Shown one piece after another: positions 22,049 through 33,287 of a stretch of DNA of 64,000 bases. The number at the start of each line of letters is the position of its first letter. Position 1 is the first letter of the stretch. The position numbers and the translations under genes are program-made. Source of the DNA: Waterburya sp. GTDB taxonomy: Bacteria > Cyanobacteriota > Cyanobacteriia > Cyanobacteriales > Xenococcaceae. Below the pieces are notes generated by a model. That model was not told the origin of the DNA. It did no database searches and saw only the letters and a program-made list of their open reading frames with translations. The DNA is taken from assembly GCA_965217895.1 (NCBI GenBank), contig CBDCJV010000002.1, forward strand, positions 4,608,001-4,672,000, in the 5' to 3' direction.

Positions 22049-22669
22049 TTAACCAGCGTAACCCTTATCGATCGCTAAATTACGCCCATGTGCTGCTGCA
22101 ACAGCTAGGCGATCGCACCTTTCGTTTTCGCTTATGCCTGAATGAGCTTTTACCCAGACAAATTGAACATCATGTATTTTGCAAAGATCGAGTAATTCCT
22201 GCCACAGATCGGGATTTTTAGCCATTTCCTTGGCATTTCTGCGCCAGCCGTTAGCCTGCCATTTTTTTGCCCAGCCTTTGACTACGGCATCAACAATATA
22301 TTTGGAGTCACTATGCAGCTTGACTTTAGAATTAGACTTGAGAGATTCTAAAGCGGCGATCGCACCCATCATTTCCATACGGTTGTTGGTAGTAAGCTTG
22401 TAGCCTCCAGAAATTTCTTCGCGGCGATCGCCATCTATAATTACCGCGCCATATCCCCCTGCTCCAGGATTACCAGTACAAGCACCATCGGTGTAGATTA
22501 TGATGGTTTCTTGGGAAGTAGATCTAGATGATTTTGGTTTGAGATTTATAGTCAGCTTAGAAGATTTTGCAGTTTGGGGTTGAAGAGATTTGATATAGTC
22601 TAAAACATCAGGTAACAAGGATTCAGGAAGAGATTCAATTTCTGTCGTAATTTTGTGCTTATAATCCAT
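22049..22669 (-). CDS. rnhA: Ribonuclease HI with N-terminal extension
   Basis: IYTDGACTGNPGAGG, TTNNRME, DSKY, NPDLW, WVKAHSG..ENERCD. Confidence 0.93.
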   Translation of the reverse strand: MDYKHKITTEIESLPESLLPDVLDYIKSLQPQTAKSSKLTINLKPKSSRSTSQETIIIYTDGACTGNPGAGGYGAVIIDGDRREEISGGYKLTTNNRMEMMGAIAALESLKSNSKVKLHSDSKYIVDAVVKGWAKKWQANGWRRNAKEMAKNPDLWQELLDLCKIHDVQFVWVKAHSGISENERCDRLAVAAAHGRNLAIDKGYAG

Positions 22670-22764
22670 TGCTAACAAGCGTAATTTTACGCCTTACATG
22701 ATAGTTTATTTGCAGAGTTTTCGGTCTTGTGGATACTTGCTGTTGATTCATTACTCATAAATTT

Positions 22765-23424
22765 ATGTCAGTTAACAAAGTATTTTTATTTGTACCGAAC
22801 ATTATTGGCTATAGCAGATTTATCTTTTATTCAATTAGCTTTATTTGTCATACACTCGACAACTGGCAACTTTGTATTAGCTTTTATGCGATCGCCTTTA
22901 TTTTAGATGAATTTGATGGTCGTGCTGCCAGAGCCTATAATCAAAGCAGTAACTTTGGTGCAGCCCTTGATATGGTTGCGGATCGCACGGCTACGGCGGG
23001 TTTGTGTTTAATTTTGGCGCAATTATATCCTAATTATTTATTAGCCTTTATTGGTGCAATCGCTCTTGACGTTAGTAGCCACTATTATTTAATCTACGCT
23101 ACGGGGATGCTAGGTAAAACCAGCCATAAAGATTCGACTGAGTGGGCAACTAATGGACTAATGAAGCTTTATTATGGCAACAAGCCTTTTATGGATGTGT
23201 CGATCTTAGGAAATGAATTATTTTATATTTTGCTTTATCTCAATTTTTATCTTATTGGTGGTCATTTGACAATCAATGATTGGAATTTTACTGGAGTCCA
23301 AATAGCTCTAATAATTTGTATCCCAATTTATTTGCTCAAACAAGCTACTAATGTTTTACAGTTGCAGAGTGCAGCACAAGAAATTGCTAAATTAGATTTA
23401 ATCAGCCAAGAAGAAAATAATTAA
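22765..23424 (+). CDS. CDP-alcohol phosphatidyltransferase resembling eukaryotic phosphatidylinositol synthase
   Basis: DxxDGxxARx8GxxxDxxxD intact, plus FLFVPNIIGY.R, LDVSSH, SHK, LYY, GNELFYILLYL. Confidence 0.88.
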   Translation: MSVNKVFLFVPNIIGYSRFIFYSISFICHTLDNWQLCISFYAIAFILDEFDGRAARAYNQSSNFGAALDMVADRTATAGLCLILAQLYPNYLLAFIGAIALDVSSHYYLIYATGMLGKTSHKDSTEWATNGLMKLYYGNKPFMDVSILGNELFYILLYLNFYLIGGHLTINDWNFTGVQIALIICIPIYLLKQATNVLQLQSAAQEIAKLDLISQEENN

Positions 23425-23630
23425 CCCGAACTTGCGCTAAAAATAACTTGCTAATTAATTGGTCAAATCGACAAAGATTACCAGCAGCGATCTCATTTGC
23501 AATTAACCTTACGTAGTTTACTCTTTTGTTCCTCAGGATTTCGCTTAAAAATTCAGGCGATCGCTAAATCTAGTCCGCTATTGTACAAGCCTGAAATTAG
23601 ATTAAAAAGATTCTCTTTACCTAAGTAATT

Positions 23631-26093
23631 ATGGCGAAAATTCTCAACCGACAACAAGCATTTGGCGCACCAGGTATCGAACCCCGCTGGACTCACTCTA
23701 ATAAAGATGGAGTAGGTACGGCATATTCAACTTCTAGTAAAGTTTGGTTTACCCTTTGGAAAGGAATTTTAACCGAGGTTTATTTCCCCTTTATCGATCA
23801 GCCTCAAGTTAGAGACTTACAGTATTTAATTACTGACGGACAAAGCTTCTTTCATGAAGAAAAGCGCGATTTAAAATCACAAACCGAACTACTTTGGAAT
23901 TGGGGTTTGGGTTATCGCCTTACTAACACCGCACCCGATGAAAGTTACAGCATAGTTAAACAAGTAATTAGCGATCCTCATTCTGATTGCATACTGCAAC
24001 ACACTAAGCTTACAGGTGACTCTTCTGTCCTCGATCGCCTTAAACTATATGCTCTTTGTGCGCCTCATTTGAACATTAGTGGCTGGGGTAATAATGGCTA
24101 TGTAATTGAAGTAGGCGATCGCAAGTTCCTAGTAGCCAACAAGGGCGATAAATGGCTAGTTGTTGGTGCTACCGTCCCTTTTAAAAAGCTTTCTTGTGGT
24201 TATGTCGGCAACAGCGATGGCTGGCAGGATTTAGCCGATAACTATCAGATGGATTGGGAATTCGATCGCGCCGAAAACGGTAATATAGGTTTGACGGGAG
24301 AACTAGATTTAACCAAAACTAAAGAATTTACTTTAGGATTAGCCTTTGGCTTCAGTTTAGAAAATGCCCTGGCTAATTTATTACAATCTTTAAATACTTC
24401 TTTCGAGCAACAACAGCAAACTTTTAAACAGCAGTGGTTACGAACCTGTGATAAGCGTTTACCTTTAGAAAGTCAATCGAGTGACAATGGTAATTTATAT
24501 CATACTAGCGTTAGTTTATTACTAGCTCACGAAGATAAAACCTATAGTGGTGCAACGATCGCGGCGATGAGTTTTCCTTGGGGAGAAAAAAAGGGAGATG
24601 GCGATCGCGGTGGCTATCATTTAGTCTGGACAAGGGATATGGTCAACAGCGTTACTGGACTGATGGCAGCAGGTCATACTGATACAGCAGTAAGAGCGTT
24701 AACCTATTTAGTAACTTGTCAGCACGAAGACGGCAGCTTTGCTCAAAACTTCTGGTTGAATGGTGAGCCTTATTGGCAAGGAATGCAGCTAGATGAAGTA
24801 GCTTTTCCGCTCTTACTAGCCGACGCGCTAGAACGAGTCGATGCCCTGCCAGTTTTTGATGTCTATCCCATGATTATTCGAGCAGCGGGATATCTAATTC
24901 GCCAAGGGCCCGCGACTCAGCAAGAACGTTGGGAAGAAGACGGGGGCTATTCTCCCTCTACCCTAGCTTGTAATATTGCAGCCCTAATTTGTGCAGCGAG
25001 GTTTGCCCGTCAACGAGGAGATGAAGTCACTGCTCAGTATATTGAAGAGTATGCCGACTTTTTAAAAGACCACACCGAAGCTTGGACGGTAACGACACAA
25101 GGAACGCTCCTACCAGAAATTAAGCGACATTTTGTCAGAATTACCCCAGCTAAAGTAGATGTTCCCCATCCCAATGAAGACCCGAACAACAGTACCATAA
25201 TTCTTTCGGCTCGTCCTCCTGGAACTGAATCAGAATTCTCAGAAAACAAATCGGCAGAATTTCCGACTAAAGAGGTAGTAGATGCAGGATTTTTATTATT
25301 TGTCCGCTATGGCATCATCGCTGCTGACGACCCCTTAATTATTGATTCTCTTAAAGTTATCGATGCAGTTCTTAAGGTCGATACTCCTTATGGTTCAGTT
25401 TGGCGAAGATTTAATCACGACTGGTACGGACAGAAAGAAGATGGTAGTGCCTATCAAGGCGTGGGTGTGGGACGCGCCTGGCCCCTGTTAGCTGGTGAAC
25501 GCGCTCACTACGAACTAGCTGCGGGAAATGATGTCACCCCGTTTATTAAAGCAATAGAAGGTTTTGCTTCCGATACTGGTCTGTTGACCGAACAAGTTTG
25601 GGACAGCGATGATATACCCGACGCACATATGTACTTGGGCAGACCCACAGGTGCAGCAATGCCCTTAATGTGGGCGCACGCGGAATATACCAAGCTCTTA
25701 CGTTCTTGTAAAGATAAACGAGTTTTTGACTATATTCCCGAAGTGGGCGATCGCTATCTTAATGCGCGTTCCCTTGCGCCTGACGGCGACGCGGGGTCGC
25801 ATCGCTACTTAAACAACTATAAATCCCAAGCTTTAGAAGTCTGGAAGTTTCACCGCCAGGTAACAACTGTTGCTCAAGGCAATACGCTCAGGATACAGAC
25901 CGAGAAAGCGTTTAAACTACGCTGGACACAAGACGAATGGCAGACCCAGCAAGATCTTGAATCAACCGCGATCGCACCTTTAAATCTTAATTATGCCGAT
26001 CTCAAATGTGAGCGATTGCGGATCGAGTTTACCTTCTTTTGGACTGATAGCAGCAATTGGTCTGAGTGTAATTATACCGTTGAAGTTATCTAG
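23631..26093 (+). CDS. Glucoamylase / glucodextranase, GH15
   Basis: AFGAPGIEPRW, GGYHLVWTRD, QERWEE, GRAWPLLAGER, PLMWAHAEY. Confidence 0.92.
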   Translation: MAKILNRQQAFGAPGIEPRWTHSNKDGVGTAYSTSSKVWFTLWKGILTEVYFPFIDQPQVRDLQYLITDGQSFFHEEKRDLKSQTELLWNWGLGYRLTNTAPDESYSIVKQVISDPHSDCILQHTKLTGDSSVLDRLKLYALCAPHLNISGWGNNGYVIEVGDRKFLVANKGDKWLVVGATVPFKKLSCGYVGNSDGWQDLADNYQMDWEFDRAENGNIGLTGELDLTKTKEFTLGLAFGFSLENALANLLQSLNTSFEQQQQTFKQQWLRTCDKRLPLESQSSDNGNLYHTSVSLLLAHEDKTYSGATIAAMSFPWGEKKGDGDRGGYHLVWTRDMVNSVTGLMAAGHTDTAVRALTYLVTCQHEDGSFAQNFWLNGEPYWQGMQLDEVAFPLLLADALERVDALPVFDVYPMIIRAAGYLIRQGPATQQERWEEDGGYSPSTLACNIAALICAARFARQRGDEVTAQYIEEYADFLKDHTEAWTVTTQGTLLPEIKRHFVRITPAKVDVPHPNEDPNNSTIILSARPPGTESEFSENKSAEFPTKEVVDAGFLLFVRYGIIAADDPLIIDSLKVIDAVLKVDTPYGSVWRRFNHDWYGQKEDGSAYQGVGVGRAWPLLAGERAHYELAAGNDVTPFIKAIEGFASDTGLLTEQVWDSDDIPDAHMYLGRPTGAAMPLMWAHAEYTKLLRSCKDKRVFDYIPEVGDRYLNARSLAPDGDAGSHRYLNNYKSQALEVWKFHRQVTTVAQGNTLRIQTEKAFKLRWTQDEWQTQQDLESTAIAPLNLNYADLKCERLRIEFTFFWTDSSNWSECNYTVEVI

Positions 26094-26366
26094 ACTATCT
26101 GCCTTATATTGCTTTGTTATTTGGCGTTGCTGGATCGAGGCATAACTTAGCCCCCAGTCCCATAGTTTTGTAGTCTCCCAGTCTCCTAGTCAGTCATCTG
26201 TAGCCAACATAAATAGAAACGGTATTAGGGGGCAGTTAATAAACTTTAAAAAATGAGAGTTTTTCATTTGAAGATCCTTAGTCCCGCAAAACTTAAGTTT
26301 CTCTCTGAGATTGAAAAGTGTTAATTTGAGTATGCTGATTTATTTGCGACACGAGCGGAAACTGAT

Positions 26367-27263
26367 ATGCCAGAGTTAACTCACCACAATCGCTACCGCT
26401 TCTCGCCAATTGTCGATCGCCCCGACTTCTTTTGGCCAGATGGTAAGCGTCTAGCAGTCTATATTGGCGTTAACATTGAGTGGTTTGCTTTTAACGAGGA
26501 GGGTGGCGCAGTACTAGCATCCTCTAACCACACACCAGATGTACTCAACTACGCTTGGCGCGACTACGGTAACAGGGTCGGCATCTGGCGAATGCTCGAT
26601 CTGTTCGATAAACTTGAATTGCCTGTGGTAGCGTTGCTGAACAGTGCGATCTGCGATCGCGCTGACCAAATTGTTCGGGCTTTTCAGTCGCGGGGGGATG
26701 AGATTGTGGCTCACGGTCACACAAACTCGACTCAGCCAGGTCAACTCAGCCGTTCGGACGAGCAGGCAATGATTGAGAAAGTGAGAGAGCGTCTGATAAA
26801 GGCGACTGGGACAGCACCGAAAGGCTACCTTGCACCACTTATTTCTGAGTCCGTTCATACCCCAGATCTTTTAGACGAAGCTGGTTGTGAGTACCTTTTA
26901 GACTGGGCGCACGACGAGCAGCCAGTTTGGTTCGATACAGAAACGAAGAACGGAAAAGGGCGTATTCTCTCAGTTCCCTATCCGCAGGAACTCAACGACG
27001 TACCACAGATTATGGGTCGCCGTCGCGAAGCACCTGAGTTTGCAGAGATGATCGCGTCTGCATTCGATTTGCATCAGCGAGAATGCGCCACTCGCCCAGT
27101 TGTGATGGGAATCGCGCTGCATCCTTATCTAATGGGACAGGCACATCGATTCGCCCATTTGGAACGCGCTTTAAGCGACATAAAAGAGCGGGCGGGTGCT
27201 GAGACATGGTTCACGACAACTGGAGCTATCAATTCCCACTTTCGCAGTCTTAAAATAAACTAA
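26367..27263 (+). CDS. Polysaccharide deacetylase, CE4 PuuE-like subfamily
   Basis: WPDGKRLAVY, WRDYGNRVGIWR, EIVAHG, PY..ELND, IALHPYLMG. Confidence 0.85.
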   Translation: MPELTHHNRYRFSPIVDRPDFFWPDGKRLAVYIGVNIEWFAFNEEGGAVLASSNHTPDVLNYAWRDYGNRVGIWRMLDLFDKLELPVVALLNSAICDRADQIVRAFQSRGDEIVAHGHTNSTQPGQLSRSDEQAMIEKVRERLIKATGTAPKGYLAPLISESVHTPDLLDEAGCEYLLDWAHDEQPVWFDTETKNGKGRILSVPYPQELNDVPQIMGRRREAPEFAEMIASAFDLHQRECATRPVVMGIALHPYLMGQAHRFAHLERALSDIKERAGAETWFTTTGAINSHFRSLKIN

Positions 27264-27305
27264 TAGATATCTGATGTGAATTAAAACTTGCTTTTAAAAT
27301 AGCTT

Positions 27306-27503
27306 ATACCAATTCTCGAAAATAATGAGAGACTTGGGACAAGATAAGTTCTTAGCTTTTGGCTTTTAGCTTTTAGACGGGCGGTATAAACGCTTGGAGA
27401 AACCCGAAGCGACACGCTCTACTTTTAGCTCTCATGAAAACTTAGGCTTTTTTATTAACCTAAGAATTTGTTGATCTCGACCGCTACTTTTAAGAATTGG
27501 TAT
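27306..27503. mobile_element. MITE, TIR ATACCAATTCT
   Basis: ATACCAATTCT...AGAATTGGTAT enclosing TTAGCTT heptamer repeats. Confidence 0.6.
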
Positions 27504-27614
27504 TATGTTGTAAAGATACTAGGTTTTTTGAGTTATGAGCGGGTAATTATACTAAATCCTGTTGTGGGTGTTCTACCCATTGGAGGAACCGAACTGGCGC
27601 GGTCTGTGACCCGT

Positions 27615-27883
27615 TGAAGCGCAAAGCAGGAAATTCAAAGAAAGAGCCGTCAGCAAGCTTCAAACGTTTATCTTTTGGCGGTGGAGAGTCCTGCATCCAA
27701 ACCATTTTTATCGGGTCGCTTTCGCCAGCAGAAAGATATTGTTGTTTTTGGTTATCTTGTGCAGATGAATTCATGGTGATAAAAAATACAACAAGAAGTA
27801 TAGTTGCGATCGCTAATAGGTTTTTAAAAGTACAAGAAAATGATAAAGGACTATTTTTTTGCTTCGTTTAATTGTGTTTTCAT
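27615..27883 (-). pseudogene. 5' remnant of a secreted serine hydrolase (beta-lactamase/NylB-like)
   Basis: Signal peptide, then SDPIKMVWMQDSPPPKDKRLKLADGSFFEFPALR; frameshift in the A run near 27855 and truncation at a repeat. Confidence 0.55.
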
Positions 27884-28047
27884 GTATCTTAAGTAAACTA
27901 TCTAAGTTAAGCCTCGTCCATGAGGAATTTATGAAGAGAATTTTTTTTCAGAACAAAACAAAGTAATGTTGGTGAGCATTTGCGCTAATTGATTACACAA
28001 GTGCGCTCTTTTAACTAATTTTTTAGGAGCGCAAACTAAACTTTACC

Positions 28048-28333
28048 AGCTCCTTCGGAGCTAAAGTAGCAAGTAACAGACGCGCTTCGCGTCTCGCCGT
28101 TCCTTTGGAACGTCGGCGAACTCCAGTTCGCGCAAGTAGCAATTAAGTAATAAGCTCCGAAGTTGGTATAAAGCCTCGCATCGCAGCGCATTCCCAAACG
28201 GCTTGCAAAGCCGTGGGGTCGCTGCTCCTTTAAAGACGAAAAGAAACAAATCACAACTCAATATTGGAATCCTTTTTCTTCAGAAAGAGGTAAAACTTGC
28301 TACTTGCTACTTGAGCGCAAAGCGCGATACTTG
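28048..28333. repeat. Mosaic of short palindromic repeats and TACTTGC heptamers
   Basis: 28093-28133 is a reverse-complement relative of 2141-2181; several small hairpins. Confidence 0.65.
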
Positions 28334-29236
28334 CTACTTGTGAACCTGCGCTTTATCTAAAATAGGCTCTTGATGCCGTTGAGAATTCTGAGCCAAGATA
28401 CCGTACTTGGGTGCAAATACCATTGTCACAACAAATAGCACCGTCATTAGTACCACGATCGCGCCACCTGTAGATACGTCAAAATGGTAGCTAAGATAAG
28501 TCCCACCAACACAAGAAAAGACACTGGTAGCGATAGAAATCAAGAGCATATGGTCAAAGCGATTGGTTAACAGGTAAGCTGTCGATCCTGGAGTTACTAG
28601 CATGGCAATAACTAAAATAATACCTGCGGTTTGTAGTGCGGTGACGATGGTAAGAGCCAGTACTGAAAGCAGGGTATAGTACATAAATTGCGTGTTAAGA
28701 CCGATCGCTTTAGCGTGATTAGGGTCAAAACAGAACAGCAGCAGGTCTTTACGCCGTATCAAAATCACCACCAGAGTGATCGTACCAGCAATTAAGGTTT
28801 GAATAATATCTGACTGGGATATACCCAGCACGTTGCCAAACAAAATATGAAATAGATCGATATTACTAGGGATTTTAGTGACCAGCACCAAACCTAGGGC
28901 AAAAAAGCCAGTAAACACTACTCCAATAACGGCATCTTCTTTAAGGCGAGTTTTTGATTTGATATAGCCTATCGCCACCGTAGCCCCAAATCCAAAGACA
29001 AACGCCCCTATAGCAAAGGGAATATTGAGGGCATAGGCCACTACTACCCCAGGCACAACCGCATGGGAAACCGCATCTCCCATTAGTGACCAGCCTTTAA
29101 GGGTAATGTAGCAAGAAAGCACCGCACATACTAAACCGACAAAAGCACTAACCCAGATCGCCTGAACTAAAAACCCATACTGCAAGGGTTCAATTAGCCA
29201 GTCTACGAGGGGAATATTAGCAATTAAATTACTCAT
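28334..29236 (-). CDS. mntB: Mn ABC transporter permease
   Basis: [36 protein letters not shown]. Confidence 0.9.
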   Translation of the reverse strand: MSNLIANIPLVDWLIEPLQYGFLVQAIWVSAFVGLVCAVLSCYITLKGWSLMGDAVSHAVVPGVVVAYALNIPFAIGAFVFGFGATVAIGYIKSKTRLKEDAVIGVVFTGFFALGLVLVTKIPSNIDLFHILFGNVLGISQSDIIQTLIAGTITLVVILIRRKDLLLFCFDPNHAKAIGLNTQFMYYTLLSVLALTIVTALQTAGIILVIAMLVTPGSTAYLLTNRFDHMLLISIATSVFSCVGGTYLSYHFDVSTGGAIVVLMTVLFVVTMVFAPKYGILAQNSQRHQEPILDKAQVHK

Positions 29237-30020
29237 ACCTTGCCTCTACTTCAGAATTATGAAACATCTGACGTAAGCTATTAACTGGCAAACCGCCGAA
29301 GGTCATGGCTAAGTTTTCTTCGGTAAAGGTTTCTTCAGTTGTTCCAGAAGCAAGAATGGTTTGATTGAGAAGAATTGTGCGATCGCAAAAGGTGGAAATC
29401 GAGGCTAAATCGTGGGTGGATACCAAAATGGTGTGTCCTTCGTTCCGTAGTTGGATCAGCAGATCGATAATCCGTTTTTCTGTTTTAACATCTACTCCCG
29501 TAAAGGGTTCATCGAGTAAAATCACTTTTCCTTCTTGAGCCAATGCTCGCGCCAAAAATGCCCGTTTTTTCTGACCTCCAGACAGTTCACCGATTTGATG
29601 ATGGCGAAAATCAATCATGCCCACCCGTTCTAAACTTTCCATAACTAGCCGACGATCTTTAGCACTGGGAATACGCAGCAGGTTCATATAGCCGTAGCGT
29701 CCCATCATCACTACATCAAATACGCTGACAGGGAAATTCCAGTCCACTTCATCCGACTGAGGCACATACGCCATTAACTGTTTTTTCTGAGCTTTTTGCA
29801 CGGGCAGACCAGCAACGCGAATTTGTCCCTGGCTGGGTTTTAGAAATCCCATGATGGATTTGAATAAGGTAGACTTACCACTGCCGTTTGGTCCTACTAA
29901 AGCTGTGATGCTTCCTGGTTCTACAGTACAGCTAGCATTATAAAGAGCTAGTTTAGCATTGCTGTAGGTAACGCTAAGGTTGTTAACGCTGATATTGAGG
30001 GTTTGAGTTGCTGTTGGCAT
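29229..30020 (-). CDS. mntA: Mn ABC transporter ATPase
   Basis: [33 protein letters not shown]. Confidence 0.9.
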   Translation of the reverse strand: MPTATQTLNISVNNLSVTYSNAKLALYNASCTVEPGSITALVGPNGSGKSTLFKSIMGFLKPSQGQIRVAGLPVQKAQKKQLMAYVPQSDEVDWNFPVSVFDVVMMGRYGYMNLLRIPSAKDRRLVMESLERVGMIDFRHHQIGELSGGQKKRAFLARALAQEGKVILLDEPFTGVDVKTEKRIIDLLIQLRNEGHTILVSTHDLASISTFCDRTILLNQTILASGTTEETFTEENLAMTFGGLPVNSLRQMFHNSEVEARYE

Positions 30021-30034
30021 AATCTTTAAATTGT

Positions 30035-31033
30035 TTACTTATTGCTTTTACTTCCCGCCAGCAAACCATTACTAATCGTGCGGGCATCGTATTCGAGTAA
30101 ATCTAAATAGGTGGGAACTGGCCCCTCTTCTGTGGAAAGGGAATCTACATAGAGGTTGCCTCCAAACCTTGCCCCTGTGGTTTTAGCAACCTGTTTTTGC
30201 CCTTCATCGTTGACGGTGCTTTCACAAAAAACAGTCGCTACATCGTTGGCTTTGACTGACTCAATTACGCTCTGTAGCTGCTTGGGAGTGAACTGCTGTT
30301 CGGCATTGATCGGCCACATATAAATTTCTTTCAGGTTGTAGTCGCGAGTTAGATAAGAAAATGCCCCCTCGCAGCTTACTAAATAGCGTTGCTTTTCAGG
30401 TACTTGCTGCAAGTCCGTTTGTAGTTCTTCATCAATGGCTTTTAGTTTTTGGCTATATGCCTTTGCATTGGCATTGTAAGTGTCGGCGTTGGCCGGATCT
30501 AGTTTTACAAAGGCTTGACGAATATTTTCCACGTAGGTCAGTGCATTTTTAGCTGACATCCAGGCGTGGGGATTAGGTTTATCTTCGTATGGTCCTTCGA
30601 CTATGGGAATTGGCTTAATTCCTTCTGTCAGTACCACCGAGGGAACATCCTTGGCATTACCTAAAAACTGCTCAAACCAACGTTCTAAACCCATGCCGTT
30701 GTACAGAATCAGGTCGGCATTCTGGGCTTTTACTATGTCGCTAGGTGTAGGTTCATAGCCGTGAATTTCCGCGCCAACGCGAGTAATCGATTCTACATTC
30801 AGCTTGTCCCCTGCCACATTTTGAGCAATGTCTGCCAGGACGGTAAAGGTGGTGAGGACTTTCTTTTTACCTTTGGTGTCTGCTGATGAGTCGGCAGCAG
30901 CGTCAGTCGCCTTTGTATTACTTGATGTAGCTGTTGACGAAGTTTCTCCTATCCCATTACAGCCAGCAATCCACATCCCTAGGGTTATGCTAAAGAATAA
31001 GATAATACCTCGTCTCAAAGTAATTTCAGTCAT
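30035..31033 (-). CDS. mntC: Mn ABC transporter substrate-binding lipoprotein
   Basis: Lipobox IAGC; ligands EIHGYEP, NPHAW, CES, YVDSL. Confidence 0.9.
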   Translation of the reverse strand: MTEITLRRGIILFFSITLGMWIAGCNGIGETSSTATSSNTKATDAAADSSADTKGKKKVLTTFTVLADIAQNVAGDKLNVESITRVGAEIHGYEPTPSDIVKAQNADLILYNGMGLERWFEQFLGNAKDVPSVVLTEGIKPIPIVEGPYEDKPNPHAWMSAKNALTYVENIRQAFVKLDPANADTYNANAKAYSQKLKAIDEELQTDLQQVPEKQRYLVSCEGAFSYLTRDYNLKEIYMWPINAEQQFTPKQLQSVIESVKANDVATVFCESTVNDEGQKQVAKTTGARFGGNLYVDSLSTEEGPVPTYLDLLEYDARTISNGLLAGSKSNK

Positions 31034-31051
31034 AGAAAAATAAGTAAACCT

Positions 31052-31093
31052 TATTTCATAATTTTATCATAATTATTTCATATTTTTATCATA
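31052..31093 (-). promoter_or_regulatory. Tandem ManR-type binding sites upstream of mntCAB
   Basis: Minus strand TATGATAAAAA-TATGAAATAAT-TATGATAAAAT-TATGAAATA: four TATGA units at 11-bp pitch. Confidence 0.75.
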
Positions 31094-31274
31094 GTTAAGT
31101 AATCTCAATCGCTTGAAGGTAGTAGTCTGATTTACCAACATCTTTTGGATAAAGACCTGTAATTCATTTTGTTCTTCAGGCTTGATAAACTACAAAAAGT
31201 TGTCCATGGTGCCGGCTAGAAATCTATCTGCGATCTTTAGCCGCTGAAATTGTAGCTACTTGAAAATTTATATA

Positions 31275-31561
31275 AGTGGTCAAGCAAAATTAATTACACT
31301 GGTAAATAGAAAGTCAAAACGAGAGTGAAAAGAGTGCATTTAGAGGGAAAACTGAGTTCAGAAACAGTCAAAATATTATGGCGATTGTATCGTCAACACC
31401 GCGATTAGAGATGCTTTCTGACCGAAAGCCTCTCTCGCGGCCAAAGTAAAAACTATCAAGTAAGAGCTAGAGCGCACTGTAAGTGCCTAAACAAAATTGA
31501 TTACACATTTAACTTTCCCTTTTCCCGATCTCAACTAGGAAATTAATCTTGCACACCTACT
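31275..31561. mobile_element. Degenerate MITE of the AGTAGGTG family
   Basis: AGTGGTCAAGCAAAATTAATT...AATTAATCTTGCACACCTACT imperfect TIRs. Confidence 0.5.
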
Positions 31562-31574
31562 TAAAGGTATTGGA

Positions 31575-33287
31575 CTAAAACAAGAAATAACGTTGCGCCA
31601 TCGGTAAAACTTTTGCAGGTTCGCAGGTTAATAGTTCCCCATCTGCTTTAACTTCATAGGTTTCGGGATTGACTTCAATATTGAGCAAGGCATCATTGAG
31701 TTTCATATCTGTCTTACCTATATTGCGGGTATTGCTAACTGCTACGGCTGGGGTTTTGATGCCAATTTGTTCAGGAATATCTGCATCCAGTGCAGCTTGA
31801 GAAACAAAGGTTAAAGAAGTCGCAGCAGTTGCACCGCCAAAGCTACCAAACATAGGACGCATATATACAGGTTGGGGAGTAGGAATACTGGCATTAGGAT
31901 CTCCCATTTGCGCCCAAGCGATCACACCACCTTTAACTACTATCTCTGGTTTTACACCAAACATAGCGGGTTTCCACAGGCAGATATCGGCTAGTTTACC
32001 TGCTTCAATTGAACCAACATGATTGGCGATGCCGTGCATGATAGCGGGGTTGATAGTGTATTTAGCGATGTAGCGTTTGGCGCGGAAGTTATCTGCTTTT
32101 GACTCAGTAGGAGAAGATAAAACACCTCGTTGCACTTTCATTTTGTGTGCCGTTTGCCAAGTACGAATAACTACTTCTCCTACTCTACCCATTGCTTGAG
32201 AATCAGAGGCGATCGCACTAAATGCCCCTAAATCGTGTAGGATATCTTCGGCGGCAATGGTTTCTTGGCGTATACGAGATTCAGCAAAGGCTACGTCTTC
32301 AGGAATACTTTTATCGAGGTGGTGACACACCATTAACATATCGAGATGTTCTTCTAAAGTGTTAACTGTGAAGGGGCGAGTGGGATTAGTCGAAGAAGGT
32401 AAAACATTACTAAGGGCGCAGACTTTAATAATATCGGGTGCGTGTCCGCCTCCTGCACCTTCGGTATGGTATGTATGAATTGCTCGATCTTTAAATGCGG
32501 CGATCGTATCTTCAACAAAACCTGCTTCGTTGAGAGTATCGGTGTGGATGGCTACCTGGACATCATATTCATCTGCTACACCCAGACAAGTATCGATCGC
32601 AGCGGGAGTTGTTCCCCAATCTTCGTGGAGTTTTAATCCCATTGCACCTGCTTTAACTTGTTCGGCTAATCCTTCGGGTTTGGCACTGTTTCCCTTACCT
32701 AAAAAACCCAAATTCATCGGAAAAGCATCGGCAGCCTGTAGCATCATAGCGATATTCCACGCACCAGGAGTACAGGTAGTAGCGTTTGTACCAGTTGCAG
32801 GACCAGTACCACCGCCTATCATAGTTGTAATGCCTGATGCGATCGCGGTTTCGATCTGTTGGGGACAAATAAAGTGGATGTGGCTATCTATTCCCCCCGC
32901 CGTAACAATATGTCCTTCTCCAGCGATAATTTCTGTGCTAGCACCAATGATAATGTCAACGTTATCTTGAATATAAGGATTACCCGCTTTCCCAATTTTA
33001 TATATCTTGCCGTCTTTAATCCCAATATCGGCTTTGACTACACCCCACCAGTCGAGAATTAAAGCGTTAGTAATTACCAGATCTACCGCACCATCTTCAC
33101 GAGATATCGGCGATTGCCCCATACCGTCGCGGATTACTTTACCACCACCAAACTTAACTTCATCACCGTAGGTAGTGTAATCTTGTTCGACTTCGATAAA
33201 CAATTCCGTATCTGCCAACCGAACGCGATCGCCTACTGTTGCACCAAAAGTATCGGCATACGCCCTTCTATCCATACGATAACTCAT
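31575..33287 (-). CDS. ureC: Urease subunit alpha
   Basis: [40 protein letters not shown]. Confidence 0.98.
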   Translation of the reverse strand: MSYRMDRRAYADTFGATVGDRVRLADTELFIEVEQDYTTYGDEVKFGGGKVIRDGMGQSPISREDGAVDLVITNALILDWWGVVKADIGIKDGKIYKIGKAGNPYIQDNVDIIIGASTEIIAGEGHIVTAGGIDSHIHFICPQQIETAIASGITTMIGGGTGPATGTNATTCTPGAWNIAMMLQAADAFPMNLGFLGKGNSAKPEGLAEQVKAGAMGLKLHEDWGTTPAAIDTCLGVADEYDVQVAIHTDTLNEAGFVEDTIAAFKDRAIHTYHTEGAGGGHAPDIIKVCALSNVLPSSTNPTRPFTVNTLEEHLDMLMVCHHLDKSIPEDVAFAESRIRQETIAAEDILHDLGAFSAIASDSQAMGRVGEVVIRTWQTAHKMKVQRGVLSSPTESKADNFRAKRYIAKYTINPAIMHGIANHVGSIEAGKLADICLWKPAMFGVKPEIVVKGGVIAWAQMGDPNASIPTPQPVYMRPMFGSFGGATAATSLTFVSQAALDADIPEQIGIKTPAVAVSNTRNIGKTDMKLNDALLNIEVNPETYEVKADGELLTCEPAKVLPMAQRYFLF

